Assembly (NCBI GenBank): GCA_963842845.1
Contig: CAWJHZ010000005.1
Coordinates: forward strand, 1,308 to 65,307
DNA length: 64,000 nt
Origin: an uncultured Chloroflexia bacterium
GTDB lineage: Bacteria > Chloroflexota > Dehalococcoidia > DSTF01 > JALHUB01
Direction: 5' to 3'
The position numbers and the translations under genes are program-made. Below the pieces are notes generated by a model. The model searched no databases and was not told the DNA's origin. It saw only the letters and a program-made list of their open reading frames with translations. Shown here one piece after another: positions 47,231-56,441 of this stretch (positions are counted from its first letter, which is position 1; each line of letters starts with the position of its first letter).

Positions 47231-48166
47231 TTATAAAACTTTCTCTGAAAATGTTAAATTCCATGATTTTATAGGACTATATTCGGGGGGGAGGACAGTT
47301 CTGCACCAAGCGTACATATTCCAACTCACTAATTTTTTTTCTGTAAAATTAACATTAACATTTAACTGACTCTGGTTTTCATTCCACCCTGACTGATATA
47401 TAAGAGTAGATGCCCCATAGACATCTACAACATTAATAGCACATGAGCGTGTAACATAACCCCAGCATGAATTTACACCGATTGTTCCCTCTAAATGATT
47501 CATTGTATATTGTTTATCAAAAGCGATATTACATCCTGAAATCTCTGCGCCGCTATAAGTGAAATTAACAGTTGGCATCCATATCATATTATCCACCCCT
47601 GCTATTTGACAAGCACTATTTTTCTGTAGAGGACATCCGCCTGGATATTGATAATCGCTTGTTATAGGGATATAGGGAAAATTAGTATCATAATACCCTG
47701 CCGCTGAAGCATGAGTGCTATAAACACCAAATGGTATGTTTGCTATGTACCAATATCCATTTAAATCACTAACACCAGTATAGGTTTGATTGGTGTCTTT
47801 ATTGGTGAATGTTATCGTCATCCCTGCGACAGGGCCAAGCCGTACGTTTTCATAATATCCCATTGCTTGTCCACCAATTATTGTTGTTGTGGGGGCATCT
47901 GGTACGCAAAATCCATCGGTACAATGTTCACCCGTGGGACAATTAGCATTACTTGAACAATTAGTATCTAACTGACATGTACCATCTGTTCCACATATTT
48001 GACCTTGTGGACAATCTGAATTTGATGCACAGGAAACTTTTTTATTTCCACCTAAATATCCGTTTTGCCATGCCCAATAAACTACATATCCTCCTATTCC
48101 TACTGCTGCTAATCCAGCGATAATTGCCGCCCAATTTGTTCCCTTTTTAGAAGGAAAGTAATACAT
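47231..48166 (-). CDS. membrane-anchored Cys-rich secreted protein with a carboxypeptidase-regulatory-like beta-sandwich
   Basis: N-terminal TM helix; three CxxGxxC(T/G)DGxC modules; MTITFTNKDTNQTYTGVSDLNGYWYIANIPFGVY. Confidence 0.45.
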   Translation of the reverse strand: MYYFPSKKGTNWAAIIAGLAAVGIGGYVVYWAWQNGYLGGNKKVSCASNSDCPQGQICGTDGTCQLDTNCSSNANCPTGEHCTDGFCVPDAPTTTIIGGQAMGYYENVRLGPVAGMTITFTNKDTNQTYTGVSDLNGYWYIANIPFGVYSTHASAAGYYDTNFPYIPITSDYQYPGGCPLQKNSACQIAGVDNMIWMPTVNFTYSGAEISGCNIAFDKQYTMNHLEGTIGVNSCWGYVTRSCAINVVDVYGASTLIYQSGWNENQSQLNVNVNFTEKKLVSWNMYAWCRTVLPPEYSPIKSWNLTFSEKVL

Positions 48167-48278
48167 GGGTGGAGGAGGATAATATGGTGGTTCTTGAAAA
48201 ACATTCGGTTGATGGTCGTATCTATTCTTAGGAATAATAATTCACCAAACAAATAATGAATTGTGGAGTATTAAAAAG

Positions 48279-48497
48279 TTATGCTATCCCACCAAGTTTT
48301 AATAGCTCATCATGGAGTTTCTTCTCCGCTATGAGTATCTGCTCCCCCACGGTGCTCCCTGATTGTGCTTCTCGTATCATGTCTTCAGGGCTGTAATATT
48401 GTCCTATCATGAATACGCCTTTTAAATCACCGGATTCATACCGCTGTTGTAATCGTTGGAGTAGAATCTGTTTTGTCGTCTGGTCTATGAGTTCCAT
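48279..48497 (-). CDS. hypothetical protein, 72 aa
   Basis: Conserved leader. Confidence 0.4.
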   Translation of the reverse strand: MELIDQTTKQILLQRLQQRYESGDLKGVFMIGQYYSPEDMIREAQSGSTVGEQILIAEKKLHDELLKLGGIA

Positions 48498-48650
48498 TTT
48501 ATTTCACCTGTTGCCATATCGCGTCATTTGCTTGTGCGTGTTGCAAGAGCCCTCGTGGTGTCATCACCACTCCTTTTATATCAAACGGTGTGTCTGCTTG
48601 ACCGAGTGGTTCAAGCTGTCTCACCCATGTTTCTACTTGTGCTAAATCCA

Positions 48651-49187
48651 TTATTCTCTTTCTCCTTTTTTACGTCCCATGAGTAAACCTAATAGAAGAA
48701 TACCCCCGAATCCAGCAAGCATTATCACCCCGCCAGCAGTTGTTGGTGGTGTTGCGCATGATTCTGTTGTTGGATTCCATGTGCCATTAATGCAATCATT
48801 CCAATAACCATTAATGCATTCCCTTGCGCCCTCGCTGCATCCTCCTTCGATATGCCCAACCCGTATCTCTCCAAAGAATGCATCTGAGATACCATCCGGG
48901 AATGAAACAACTACAGATTTGTTTCCTCCTGCTATAATTTGTGCTTCCCAATAGGTTCCTATAACCTCCTGATTCAACACAGTATCCCATAGCATTCCAT
49001 ATGCAGTTAATGATGCAGTGGCAGCGTTTGTTGCAGTATAAGATATATTAAAAACTGTTCCTGGTTCAACTGGTGATGGGGAAACCAGGTCAGTGATATT
49101 CATGAATGAACCGAAATTTTGTACTCCGTTTCTGCCCCCTATGCTATCAAGGACATATTGCATACTTTTTCCTCTATCAATCGTCAC
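48651..49187 (-). CDS. hypothetical secreted/anchored protein, 178 aa
   Basis: ORF; C-terminal TM helix. Confidence 0.45.
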   Translation of the reverse strand: MTIDRGKSMQYVLDSIGGRNGVQNFGSFMNITDLVSPSPVEPGTVFNISYTATNAATASLTAYGMLWDTVLNQEVIGTYWEAQIIAGGNKSVVVSFPDGISDAFFGEIRVGHIEGGCSEGARECINGYWNDCINGTWNPTTESCATPPTTAGGVIMLAGFGGILLLGLLMGRKKGERE

Positions 49188-49197
49188 GTTTCAGGCT

Positions 49198-49833
49198 TTA
49201 TTGAATATGTCCTGCTAACAACTGTCCTGTGAAAGCAGCATTTACTGTAACAGTTACAGATTCGGTTGCTGTTGCTCCAGCAGCTACAGCTACTTCTACA
49301 TAACCGCCAATTAAATTCGGGGTTGGTGTCGCTAAATCATAGAGACCCGCCCAAAGCGTTCCTGGTCCACCATTGTTCTTTATTGTATAACCGATTGTAC
49401 AGTTTGTTGTTGGTTCTACCGTCTGACTTGGGCTATATGTTATTGTTCCAGTGAATGCTGCTGAGGGATACGCCTGATAAGCGACAGTTACACTCATTGT
49501 GTCATCAAGGACTTGAGTACTAGTCCCTAGATAATGTCCACAATCTACTCTAATCACTGTTGCTGCACTACCCATAGTAAATGAATATGTCGCTGATGAC
49601 CATGTTGCTCCGGCCCCTATTGATGCTGTTACTGTATCCACCAGAGAACCATCCCTATAGACTTTTCTCCAGAGGGTGTCTGCTGCTCCTGTGTTTGTGA
49701 TGGTTGGGGTTACAACAACAGTTGCATTTGGCAACGAGGGGTTTGGATTTGCAACAAGATTTGTTATATCAGCAAAACCTTGCGCTAAAACATAAATTGA
49801 CACTGATGCGGTTGCATCTTGTATGTTCGTCAT
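49198..49833 (-). CDS. tandem CARDB-like-domain protein
   Basis: Two modules resembling NATVVVTPTITNTGAADTLW...; TTTATAT box and GGTGAAGTAAGTATG leader. Confidence 0.5.
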   Translation of the reverse strand: MTNIQDATASVSIYVLAQGFADITNLVANPNPSLPNATVVVTPTITNTGAADTLWRKVYRDGSLVDTVTASIGAGATWSSATYSFTMGSAATVIRVDCGHYLGTSTQVLDDTMSVTVAYQAYPSAAFTGTITYSPSQTVEPTTNCTIGYTIKNNGGPGTLWAGLYDLATPTPNLIGGYVEVAVAAGATATESVTVTVNAAFTGQLLAGHIQ

Positions 49834-49935
49834 ACTTACTTCACCAAGAACGAATCACAATATCAGAATATAAACTTTTTGTTAAAAAATAAAAAATTTC
49901 ACCAGTGCTATCTCCACTGGTGAATCCTCATCTTT

Positions 49936-50253
49936 TTAACTTGTCGATGTAGTTGGCGTTATCCAAGTAATGATTTTATTGAGGATGTCGTCACTTGCCC
50001 AGCCAAACCCAAAGGCTAATGCAAAGACATTTAATAACGATGTTGCAGGTATTGAAAACATCGGGAATACTAATATTGCTGCGACCCCGCCACCAATCAC
50101 AACAAGGACGAACGATAACACATATTTCACTTGGAAGTTAATTGTGTTATCATCTTTGTGTTTAAAGACATAGGGTATCGTTGTTCGCAATATACAGGCG
50201 AGCAGTATTCCAATGAACGCAACAGCCTCGGGACTTATATTTATGCCTAACAT
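49936..50253 (-). CDS. small polytopic membrane protein, 105 aa
   Basis: Conserved leader; three TM helices. Confidence 0.5.
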   Translation of the reverse strand: MLGINISPEAVAFIGILLACILRTTIPYVFKHKDDNTINFQVKYVLSFVLVVIGGGVAAILVFPMFSIPATSLLNVFALAFGFGWASDDILNKIITWITPTTSTS

Positions 50254-50425
50254 TACTTCACCATTTAAGAAAAATTGATTGTCTCTATTTAATACTTTCT
50301 AGAAAAACTTATTAAACATCAATAAAACCTGTACCAATAATAGCATTCTTTCTCAAAACAGCAGAGATACATCCAAGGGCAATACGGGTAGCAATATCTT
50401 TTCTCAGATGTTTCTTTCGCCTCCG

Positions 50426-50677
50426 TCATATTTTGTCAAACCATTCTAATATGAACCAACATCCAAATGCGATAAAAAACATGATTGTATACAATATTGC
50501 TAATTTCATAATATATTTTTGCCTAAGCTCATCGTTTTCTCTCATGGTAAAACTGTTAATCCTGGGACTTTTGGTTTGAAGTAATTCACTGGTGGATAAT
50601 TCATATTGCGGTGAGGGTTCTTTGAACAGACCATGCAATATTGTTCTTTGTTTTGGCAATGGCGGAGCATACGGCAT
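50426..50677 (-). CDS. hypothetical protein with a C-terminal TM, 83 aa
   Basis: ORF; alternative to the overlapping frame 50542-50814. Confidence 0.35.
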   Translation of the reverse strand: MPYAPPLPKQRTILHGLFKEPSPQYELSTSELLQTKSPRINSFTMRENDELRQKYIMKLAILYTIMFFIAFGCWFILEWFDKI

Positions 50678-50792
50678 TGTATCTGTGTAATGCTTTTCAT
50701 CATCGCTTGTTCTTTTTGCTGGATAAGGCTCTGTTGTTGTTTCTGTCTTCTTATTTGTTGTCGCATCTGTTCTTGTTCACGAAGATATAATG

Positions 50793-50996
50793 TCATATTA
50801 CCGTCCCGAGCCATTCCAATATTGCGTCTTTCCCTTCAAGCGATGTTCCATCCTCAAGCACAAGGATTGGTGTTCTGTTCTCATATTCTGGTGCGCCCTG
50901 TACATTAACAAATGTAAAGACTATTCCATAATGGTCTAGCATCTGTTTTGTCTCCCGACATGGTGCGCAGGTCGGGTCTCCATAATATATCAACAT
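50793..50996 (-). CDS. glutaredoxin/NrdH-like small redoxin (CxxC)
   Basis: YYGDPTCAPCRETKQ...PILVLEDGT thioredoxin-fold signature. Confidence 0.55.
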   Translation of the reverse strand: MLIYYGDPTCAPCRETKQMLDHYGIVFTFVNVQGAPEYENRTPILVLEDGTSLEGKDAILEWLGTVI

Positions 50997-51264
50997 GTTT
51001 TTCCTCCATTCACAAAGGATACCAAACGGTTTCCTTGAATTTAATATATTCGATATTCGCTTTTTCTAGTATCTTTCCTATTGATTCTATAAGCTCTGTT
51101 TTTCTTGCGTCCGTCACCATAATATCACTCGCTGTTTTAATGATTATTTTCATTGTTTTTTTCTCCTTTTTAAAAATACGGTTTCTGAGATTTGCTGAGA
51201 TGGTTTTATTACAGGCTCTAAAACAACCTGTCTGACTATCTCATATTTCTTTTTTTTCATTTTT

Positions 51265-51447
51265 TTAATATTCCTCTGGTTTTATCTCTACTAGCTCAAT
51301 GGAATATTTTTTCTGGTTTTTCATTATGATGTTAACCAGTTTTGCATCGAGATGTTTCTCAAGTTTTCGTAATGCTTTATGAAATGAATTTGTGCGTATC
51401 TCTATTAATGATTTAACCCCATCACATCTGAATAGATATGTCGTCAT
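51265..51447 (-). CDS. hypothetical protein, 60 aa
   Basis: ORF only. Confidence 0.35.
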   Translation of the reverse strand: MTTYLFRCDGVKSLIEIRTNSFHKALRKLEKHLDAKLVNIIMKNQKKYSIELVEIKPEEY

Positions 51448-51668
51448 TTTCCCTCCTTAAATGCCCCTGAGAAATATTTTTTTGCGAACTCTTGAGCGGT
51501 AAGTGTCTCCACCGGTTTCAACCCATAGTGTTTTTTCATGATATCTATGATGCATCCGAGACAATACACGATGATTGTTTTATCGTTGTAAAGTTCATAC
51601 CATGAGTTCTCCAAAGTTGCTGGATGCCCACAAGGACGCAATGGGATAAAGGGCTGCATCTCAGGCAT
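51444..51668 (-). CDS. hypothetical protein, 74 aa
   Basis: ORF only. Confidence 0.4.
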   Translation of the reverse strand: MPEMQPFIPLRPCGHPATLENSWYELYNDKTIIVYCLGCIIDIMKKHYGLKPVETLTAQEFAKKYFSGAFKEGK

Positions 51669-53474
51669 TTATACCTCCCCGAAACATATTTTCGTGTTCT
51701 CCTCAGAGCCTTGTACCTCGTATTCCATGACTATGCCATCAAGTACAAGACCTGTTTTTTTCTTTGTTTTATGGTTGAATAACACGTTAATCATGCGGTT
51801 GCTTTTGCCATCAAGCATACAGCGGATGGAATTATGACATAAAATTCCTTCTGCAACAAAAGATTCTGTTGGTTTTATCTCAATATCATATACATCTTTT
51901 TTTCCAATATATTCTATCTTTCTTATTTTTCGTAGATAAATATCGTAGTTCTTTTTTCCACCATTGACAATATATTTATTTCTCTTGTATTTTTTAATGA
52001 ATCCTATCTTTTGTAAAAATTTTTTTACAGAATTTCTTTGTTCTATAGTTAAGGTATATATCTCTTTTGGTGATTGATTGAAACCACCATTGAAACCACC
52101 AGATTGTTTTCGATGATTTATATTTGATTCGATACCCAGTTTAGATAACAATGTTTTAATTCCATAAATTAATTCCTTAGAAATTGAACATGCTGTAATA
52201 ACTGATTGTTTATGGCTAAAAGTTAAACAACCATCTCCGCTAAAATATCCTTTTAATAAGCAAGCTATATATTCATTTGGTAAAACATATACAAATGATG
52301 GTATTTTTTTTGAATCTGAATAACCGTTGAATCCAAGTTGTTTCATTATTCCAACGAGATAAAAAGATGAAAATATCACATCTCCCTTTCTAAATCTTGA
52401 TTCATTTATTTTTATTGATTTTCTATATATGTTTTGTCTTTTATTACAAAAATCTTTAATCCAATTTATAATTTCCTTGTTTCCACCTGTTGATATGTGT
52501 ATCTGTGGTCCGTCGTAACAACCATCAGCAAGCCATAAACCACAAAATGTTAGAAGATTTTTTAATTCTTTCATTATTTTTTCTTTGTATGCTTCATCAA
52601 TTGCTTCATTAATTCTCCATTTTCGCCATACTTTATTCCTTTCATCAATTAAAGCTATTTTACCTATTTTCGCAAACCAATACATTAACCCATTTAATGT
52701 ATCTCTTGAAATTTCTCCGTTTTTTTCCCTAAAGCATCTATAAAGTTCCCTGCTTGTCAAAATCTTTGCTTCATTTTCGCATAATATTTTATATAATTCT
52801 AAGGGTTTTTTGTCATGCACGGTAAACATTTTTGATTGCAAATATATATCCAATGCAGTATCAAGGTCATAATCAATTATTTCTTTATCAACGGAAGCAA
52901 CTACCTCTAAATTACTTAATTTAAGAGGGATTATCTTATTCGCTATTCCTTGTTTTTTTTCTTGACCAAACAGAGAATGGTCTTTTGTTATTTCTATCTG
53001 TTTTCCGTTATTTACTTCTATAAGATATACTTCCTTTTCACCACGATACCAACAATCTTGTATCTCACCCCATATTATTTCTGTATATGGCTGCGTCATT
53101 AATAATCTAAGATTCGTATTATTACATTTTTTCTCTTTTATTTTTGCAGTTAATACCTCTATTTTGTTTCCATTTTTAAAGCTAGTATATAATACGGATA
53201 TTTTTGTAAATTTTAATTTCCCATTTTCTTTCCAGTAAAGATTTGTATCAGCAGAAATAGAATCATCACCTGCTTTTCGACGTATTTTCAGCAATTTTTT
53301 TAACGGAACTCCTTTATCTGACCAAGCTATTGCATGGAAACCGTGCTCTGAACTTGATAATTTTACTGTTAGTTCTTTAGTAAAACCATAACGTTTGAAT
53401 ACCTTTAGACAGCGAATGAGAAACTTGATATCTCTTGTATCTAGGTCACACGTAATTCTAGTAATTTTTTTCAT
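51669..53474 (-). CDS. intein-containing protein; the extein of about 170 aa carries primase-polymerase (AEP)-like DxD and sxH motifs
   Basis: Intein blocks: TKDH (block B), two LAGLIDADG motifs (LTFCGLWLADGCYDG and LLKGYFSGDGCLTF), and C-terminal VAEGILCHN/S. The N-extein carries ITCDLDTRD and SSSEHGFHAIAW. Confidence 0.65.
   Translation of the reverse strand: MKKITRITCDLDTRDIKFLIRCLKVFKRYGFTKELTVKLSSSEHGFHAIAWSDKGVPLKKLLKIRRKAGDDSISADTNLYWKENGKLKFTKISVLYTSFKNGNKIEVLTAKIKEKKCNNTNLRLLMTQPYTEIIWGEIQDCWYRGEKEVYLIEVNNGKQIEITKDHSLFGQEKKQGIANKIIPLKLSNLEVVASVDKEIIDYDLDTALDIYLQSKMFTVHDKKPLELYKILCENEAKILTSRELYRCFREKNGEISRDTLNGLMYWFAKIGKIALIDERNKVWRKWRINEAIDEAYKEKIMKELKNLLTFCGLWLADGCYDGPQIHISTGGNKEIINWIKDFCNKRQNIYRKSIKINESRFRKGDVIFSSFYLVGIMKQLGFNGYSDSKKIPSFVYVLPNEYIACLLKGYFSGDGCLTFSHKQSVITACSISKELIYGIKTLLSKLGIESNINHRKQSGGFNGGFNQSPKEIYTLTIEQRNSVKKFLQKIGFIKKYKRNKYIVNGGKKNYDIYLRKIRKIEYIGKKDVYDIEIKPTESFVAEGILCHNSIRCMLDGKSNRMINVLFNHKTKKKTGLVLDGIVMEYEVQGSEENTKICFGEV
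51831..53135 (-). mobile_element. intein with a double-LAGLIDADG homing-endonuclease domain; approximate boundaries
   Basis: The C-terminal splice junction HN/S is well defined at 51831. The N-terminal junction is tentatively the Cys at residue 117. Confidence 0.5.
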
Positions 53475-53482
53475 AAATTATT

Positions 53483-54376
53483 TTATCTCCAAACAAAACC
53501 GTTTGAATCAATTTCTAATCCCTGTTTTTTTAGAACTTCATTTATTCTATCATTCAGATAGATATATCGGTCTAATTCATGAGATTTATATGATGATTCA
53601 TTCAAGACACGTACATATTTAATGCAGGTAAGAAAATCGTTTTCCTGTCCATGGTGAGTAGTATCGGTTTCGTAATCCATGTAAAGTGTTCTCGGAAATT
53701 CAGGGAAACGTTTTCTCAGCAGGATTTTATCTTTCACATAATCTATTGCTCCGATATGTTCAGCCCATGACATCTTGCTATATGGGGCTATTTTCCTATC
53801 TTCTTTTGGTTTTGGTCTATCGAAAAAATATTCCAATATGTTTATAATGGTGATTTCTAAGGCATTTTGCAAGAGCATAAATCGCCCATCATGAAGGAAA
53901 CCATTCGGGCTTAACTTCAAGTCATAGACTTTATCCTCAGGTTGATAATACATCTTTGGCATAGCTGATAAATATGTGCTCCTTAATTCTGCGAGAAATG
54001 GATATTCAACATCCTCTGTCGCAGTATAATTTCTTACTGCTAGATTTCTGTACGCATAATTCATGCGTTCAGCAATGAGTTTTGCTGCGGGTTTTCTGAA
54101 ATTAAAATCAATGATGACCCGCCCCCTATATTTGTTGCATTCCGCTATCGGCATGTAGTTCCTTCGTAGCCCCTCGAGTAACACCGGATGACTGGCGATA
54201 TCCTCAGATATTGTCCATCTCCATTTTCCCTCTACAACCTCCGCTGGATAGGTTTTCCCCATGTGCTCTACTTCAACATATCGTTCTATAACTGTTATTC
54301 TTCTTTTTCTTGGGAAAGCATATCCTCTTATTTTAGCAAGGATGGTTGATTCGGGTTTAATCTTTAATGCATCCAC
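53483..54376 (-). CDS. hypothetical protein, 297 aa, immediately upstream of the intein gene; possible replication-associated protein
   Basis: ORF; weak DnaQ-like exo-I-type MDYETDTT motif near the C-terminus. It ends 8 nt before the intein gene in a +1 offset. Confidence 0.4.
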   Translation of the reverse strand: MDALKIKPESTILAKIRGYAFPRKRRITVIERYVEVEHMGKTYPAEVVEGKWRWTISEDIASHPVLLEGLRRNYMPIAECNKYRGRVIIDFNFRKPAAKLIAERMNYAYRNLAVRNYTATEDVEYPFLAELRSTYLSAMPKMYYQPEDKVYDLKLSPNGFLHDGRFMLLQNALEITIINILEYFFDRPKPKEDRKIAPYSKMSWAEHIGAIDYVKDKILLRKRFPEFPRTLYMDYETDTTHHGQENDFLTCIKYVRVLNESSYKSHELDRYIYLNDRINEVLKKQGLEIDSNGFVWR

Positions 54377-54443
54377 TACTCTTTTTGGTAGCCATACCCG
54401 CCCGTAGAATGGTCGTGCTTCCCAACGGTAGATAAGATGAGCA

Positions 54444-54728
54444 TCAAACCAGAAGGTACGGTGCTGCCTGTATCTTTATCGAAATGACTTTGTTCAGGTC
54501 GAAATTCAATGGTTCCATCTGGTTCTTATAGAGGAAAACAGGGAGTCTCCCGTCTTTGCTTCTTTGACCGGTCTGTAATCGTATCCATCGTGGGTACTCA
54601 TGGAAATACCCTGGCACTTCCTCTTCCCTCTCCCGTACTGCCCCAGGTGGTAACACCTCATCAGGCAACTCAACATACAAGGGAGCACCTGTTCTTCTCC
54701 CGTTTACCTCATAGACACCGACATTCAT
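54444..54728 (-). CDS. hypothetical protein, 94 aa
   Basis: ORF only. Confidence 0.35.
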   Translation of the reverse strand: MNVGVYEVNGRRTGAPLYVELPDEVLPPGAVREREEEVPGYFHEYPRWIRLQTGQRSKDGRLPVFLYKNQMEPLNFDLNKVISIKIQAAPYLLV

Positions 54729-54951
54729 ATTCTATTGCCTCTAATGCTCTCTCCACTCTTTCAAACCAATGCTGAATATTTAACTGAATGACTCTTCTTT
54801 CTAAAGCATGGATAAGAGCATTCAGAATAATCACATTATCGGTATTGTACGCTTTTGCTATTGTATCGAAGAAATCAAATGCCTCACACATGCTTCTTAT
54901 AAACTCAGGGTCATTGATTGCTTCTTTAATGATTTCTTCTGCTGTCTTCAT
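54709..54951 (-). CDS. hypothetical protein, 80 aa
   Basis: ORF only. Confidence 0.35.
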   Translation of the reverse strand: MKTAEEIIKEAINDPEFIRSMCEAFDFFDTIAKAYNTDNVIILNALIHALERRVIQLNIQHWFERVERALEAIEYECRCL

Positions 54952-54954
54952 TAA

Positions 54955-55233
54955 TTACCTCCAACGGAAATCATAACCTCCAACTGAAACTCTAATCTCT
55001 TCTTTAAGACAATCGCAATCCGGCTTGAATGTGTGTTCATCTATTTTTTTATATTTCTTGCTACAGTAATAGCAACGTAACCTATCTCCAATAGTCGCCT
55101 CAACAAATTTTCTACATGCAGTTTCAAGACCTGTTACATGCTTTTTTCTTGGTTCGCACCACATGAGATGATATGTTAATTCTTTACAGTTGCCGCAGAT
55201 TTTCTCAATAGGCATGTGCCTCCAGTGTTTCAA
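54955..55233 (-). CDS. Cys-rich zinc-finger protein, 92 aa
   Basis: CGNC...C...C...CYYC...CDC pattern. Confidence 0.45.
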   Translation of the reverse strand: MKHWRHMPIEKICGNCKELTYHLMWCEPRKKHVTGLETACRKFVEATIGDRLRCYYCSKKYKKIDEHTFKPDCDCLKEEIRVSVGGYDFRWR

Positions 55234-55450
55234 CTTCTAATTGGGAGAATCCCTCATCAGGCAACCATTCTTCTTGAGGGTCGAGTTCTCCACCTTTTGT
55301 CTTATGCGCCTTATACCCCATGCTAAACCCTGTGAGAAACGCATGTTTCTCTTCTACACTTGGCTCAACTTGCTTTGCTTTTGTGAGACCGTTTCTCCAT
55401 TTTTTGAAATATTTTCTTCTTAATAGGATTTTTATTTTATCTCTCGTCAT
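55205..55450 (-). CDS. hypothetical protein, 81 aa
   Basis: ORF only. Confidence 0.35.
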   Translation of the reverse strand: MTRDKIKILLRRKYFKKWRNGLTKAKQVEPSVEEKHAFLTGFSMGYKAHKTKGGELDPQEEWLPDEGFSQLEVETLEAHAY

Positions 55451-55800
55451 GCTCCCTCCAATTTGAAATCTCTTTTCAACCGCATATTGAGCGCACGTTT
55501 CTCTTCATCTGACATAAAATGGTTTTGCACCCATGCCTCAAGATGCTCTTTATCAATATAGTAAAGCCTCATCCCTGAGTATTCAGTGAAAAACTTATAT
55601 TTGCAAGACGTGTTGTTCCCGATGACGACATAACGGATTTTATCTTTTTTTACCATGGTGCGAAGTCGAGAAATCAATGATGCTGTATATCCAAGTGCTT
55701 TTGATAACTCCGGCTCGGTCATTGCATCATGCGCATTGATGGTTTTTATTATCTGGTTATCTGTTTTCTTCCTATGTTTCTGTTTTGGTTTTTCGCTCAT
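55447..55800 (-). CDS. winged-helix/helix-turn-helix DNA-binding protein
   Basis: MTEPELSKALGYTASLISRLRTM helix-turn-helix segment. Confidence 0.45.
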   Translation of the reverse strand: MSEKPKQKHRKKTDNQIIKTINAHDAMTEPELSKALGYTASLISRLRTMVKKDKIRYVVIGNNTSCKYKFFTEYSGMRLYYIDKEHLEAWVQNHFMSDEEKRALNMRLKRDFKLEGA

Positions 55801-56096
55801 GTTCCGATGCTCTGTATAAATCTCAAATCTGCACGTATTTTAATGTCCAGTATTTTTATGAGGTCCATTTCATAACGGTAAATAAACACCCCGTTTTTTC
55901 TCCAGGGGAAATTAGTGAGAGGCGTTATGTCTACTCCTTCATGGGCTACAAGATACATAGGGAGATGTTTTTCTTCCGCCATATGGCAGTCATAGAGCGT
56001 TTTTTCTTTGTTGTAGTCATTATCTTTTATTACTAAGACAAACGCCTCTGCTGTTTCTAACCTCACCACCATGCCCTCATCTCTCCTTTCTGCCAA
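55797..56096 (-). CDS. hypothetical protein, 99 aa
   Basis: ORF only. Confidence 0.35.
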   Translation of the reverse strand: MAERRDEGMVVRLETAEAFVLVIKDNDYNKEKTLYDCHMAEEKHLPMYLVAHEGVDITPLTNFPWRKNGVFIYRYEMDLIKILDIKIRADLRFIQSIGT

Positions 56097-56195
56097 TCAC
56101 AGGCAAGGTGATGAAAGGATTTCGGAGAGAAAGACTAGCATCACCCTGACTGTATCGGCAAAAAAAAGAATACTATCCTATATTTATATACGTTT

Positions 56196-56441
56196 CTATT
56201 TTTTCCATAGTTTTTCCCAAAGAAGGCGCAAAGGAGTAGATGCCGTGATGGTGTGTTCTATCACATCATCTATGAAGATGTATGTTCCTACGCCAAGAAA
56301 ACCCTGGAATAAAGGAATAAGACTGACATATAGCCCATTGTTGATGTCCATGTACCAGAAGAATGCACCGAAAGCCATGAAAAATAATCCGAGGTATCCA
56401 TGATGAATCCCTCTCCAGTTAAATGGATTTTTTGGTTTCAT
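56196..56441 (-). CDS. small membrane protein, 81 aa
   Basis: Two TM helices. Confidence 0.4.
   Translation of the reverse strand: MKPKNPFNWRGIHHGYLGLFFMAFGAFFWYMDINNGLYVSLIPLFQGFLGVGTYIFIDDVIEHTITASTPLRLLWEKLWKK

Noticed and set aside
39182-50253. Calling the small-gene operon a virion structural module, and the whole element a prophage
   Set aside because: This was not adopted as a feature call. No capsid, portal, terminase, tail or integrase signature could be recognised from sequence alone. It is kept only as a hypothesis in the findings.
50542-50814. 90-aa Gln-rich ORF overlapping 50426-50677 and 50793-50996
   Set aside because: It overlaps two better-supported genes in another frame. 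Its Q/R-rich composition is typical of out-of-frame translation.
53475-53482. Programmed frameshift joining 53483-54376 to the intein gene
   Set aside because: There is a real TAA stop and no slippery heptamer. A sequencing indel cannot be excluded, but there is no positive evidence. This is noted inside a finding instead.
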